DNA of 64,000 nucleotides from a virus: IMG/VR virus record IMGVR_UViG_3300037851_000222, positions 1 to 64,000 of that record; one strand, 5' to 3'. Shown piece by piece: positions 63,132 to 64,000 of this stretch (position 1 is its first letter; each line of letters starts with the position of its first letter). The notes under the pieces were generated by a model. It saw only the letters and a program-made list of their open reading frames with translations, ran no database searches and was not told where the DNA came from. The position numbers and the translations under genes were made by a program.

Positions 63132-64000
63132 TGCTCACCGAAACCTCTCTCTTCACAGGCATGGGCGGCGGTCTGCTCGGCAGCATGCTGCTGCGTGGCA
63201 TCGCGCCCGTCCAACTGTGCGAAATCAACCAGGATTGCCGGAAGATCCTGCGTCTGCGCTTCCCCGAGGCGCGCATCCACAGCGACATCCGCACCTTCCA
63301 CCCGGCGCCCACCGACATCATCACGGGCGGGTTCCCCTGCCAGGACATCAGCGCCGCCGGCAGGAAGAAGGGCATCACCGGGCCGAAATCGAGCCTGTTC
63401 CACCAGATGATCCGGGTCTGTGACGAGGCACAACCGGGCATCATCTTTGCCGAGAACAGCGACCGCCTGCGCACCAACGGGCTGGCCGTGGTCCTCCGCG
63501 AACTGACCGGCATCGGCTACGGGCGCATCGCATGGGCCACCCTGGCCGCCGGCCACGTCGGCGCGCCGCACCTGCGAAAGCGGATGTGGGTCATGGCCAT
63601 GCGGGGCAAGCGACAGGTGACGGTGCTGGACTCCAACCTACCCAAGCACGGCCTGATCTCCGGCGGGCGGTTCCGCACCCTGGACGTGCCCGAGGTCGGG
63701 CGGACCTGCATGCCGACGCTGATCGGCTCGGACGCCACGAACAGCGGCAACCGGCCCAACCCCACCCTCTGGTCGCTCTGCGACATGCTGGGCATCACCG
63801 CAAAGGCTTGGCGCCTCACCGGCCGTACCCCGCCGACGCTGGTGGCCACCGACTGGAAGTACCCCTACAACACCACCGGGCTGCTGAAGCAGTTGCAGAA
63901 GCGGTCCAAGCCGCTGCGCGACATCCTGCCCTACATCGAAGGCGGCAAGGGGCGCTACATCCGGCCGGAATGGGCCGAATGGTACATGGGCTGGCCCATC
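63131..64000 (+). CDS. DNA cytosine-5 methyltransferase, runs off the window end (not in ORF track)
   Basis: SLFTGMGG, CEIN, SDIR, GGFPCQDIS, FAENS, GAPHLRKRMW. Confidence 0.95.
   Translation, partial: MLTETSLFTGMGGGLLGSMLLRGIAPVQLCEINQDCRKILRLRFPEARIHSDIRTFHPAPTDIITGGFPCQDISAAGRKKGITGPKSSLFHQMIRVCDEAQPGIIFAENSDRLRTNGLAVVLRELTGIGYGRIAWATLAAGHVGAPHLRKRMWVMAMRGKRQVTVLDSNLPKHGLISGGRFRTLDVPEVGRTCMPTLIGSDATNSGNRPNPTLWSLCDMLGITAKAWRLTGRTPPTLVATDWKYPYNTTGLLKQLQKRSKPLRDILPYIEGGKGRYIRPEWAEWYMGWPI

Noticed and set aside
1-64000. Stop-codon reassignment
   Set aside because: Recognisable genes are full length under the standard code and use TGA/TAG/TAA as stops with normal coupling

Overview
A 64-kb, GC-rich segment of a bacterial virus. 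No terminase, portal, tape measure, sheath or integrase is recognisable. The long minus-strand block (~23-53.8 kb) looks like the morphogenesis region of a large tailless, probably membrane-containing icosahedral virus. It holds four tandem single-jelly-roll-like genes, many small membrane proteins, two trimeric-fibre-like spikes, a five-member paralogous family, a cysteine-rich stalk-like protein and beta-propeller proteins. No major capsid protein or packaging ATPase could be assigned with certainty. The left arm carries a replication module (AEP-type primase with Zn finger, D5/SF3 helicase, PD-(D/E)XK nuclease) and an iteron-rich origin-like region. It continues with HNH, N4/N6 methylase, DenV, a tRNA-Gln nested in-frame inside a methyltransferase CDS, a YefM/YoeB pair, a UvrD helicase and an LPD29-methylase polyvalent protein. 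The right arm carries a DUF6948-like gene, an array of five MNAC-leader microproteins, a DHH phosphoesterase, a PAPS-reductase-like gene, an Nmad1/DUF1599-like gene and a C5 methylase. Highlights: (1) the last Cys-rich repeat of the 682-aa stalk lacks its closing PTLAEPxxCC segment, and that segment forms the N-terminus of two separate propeller genes, suggesting swappable, disulfide-docked spike tips; (2) the conserved-leader/variable-tail microprotein array; (3) the tRNA nested in a CDS; (4) a palindromic CGTWTAWACG site in many promoters; (5) NP-delimited ART/ParB effector modules in the virion operon. All family assignments are by-eye motif recognition, not database results.
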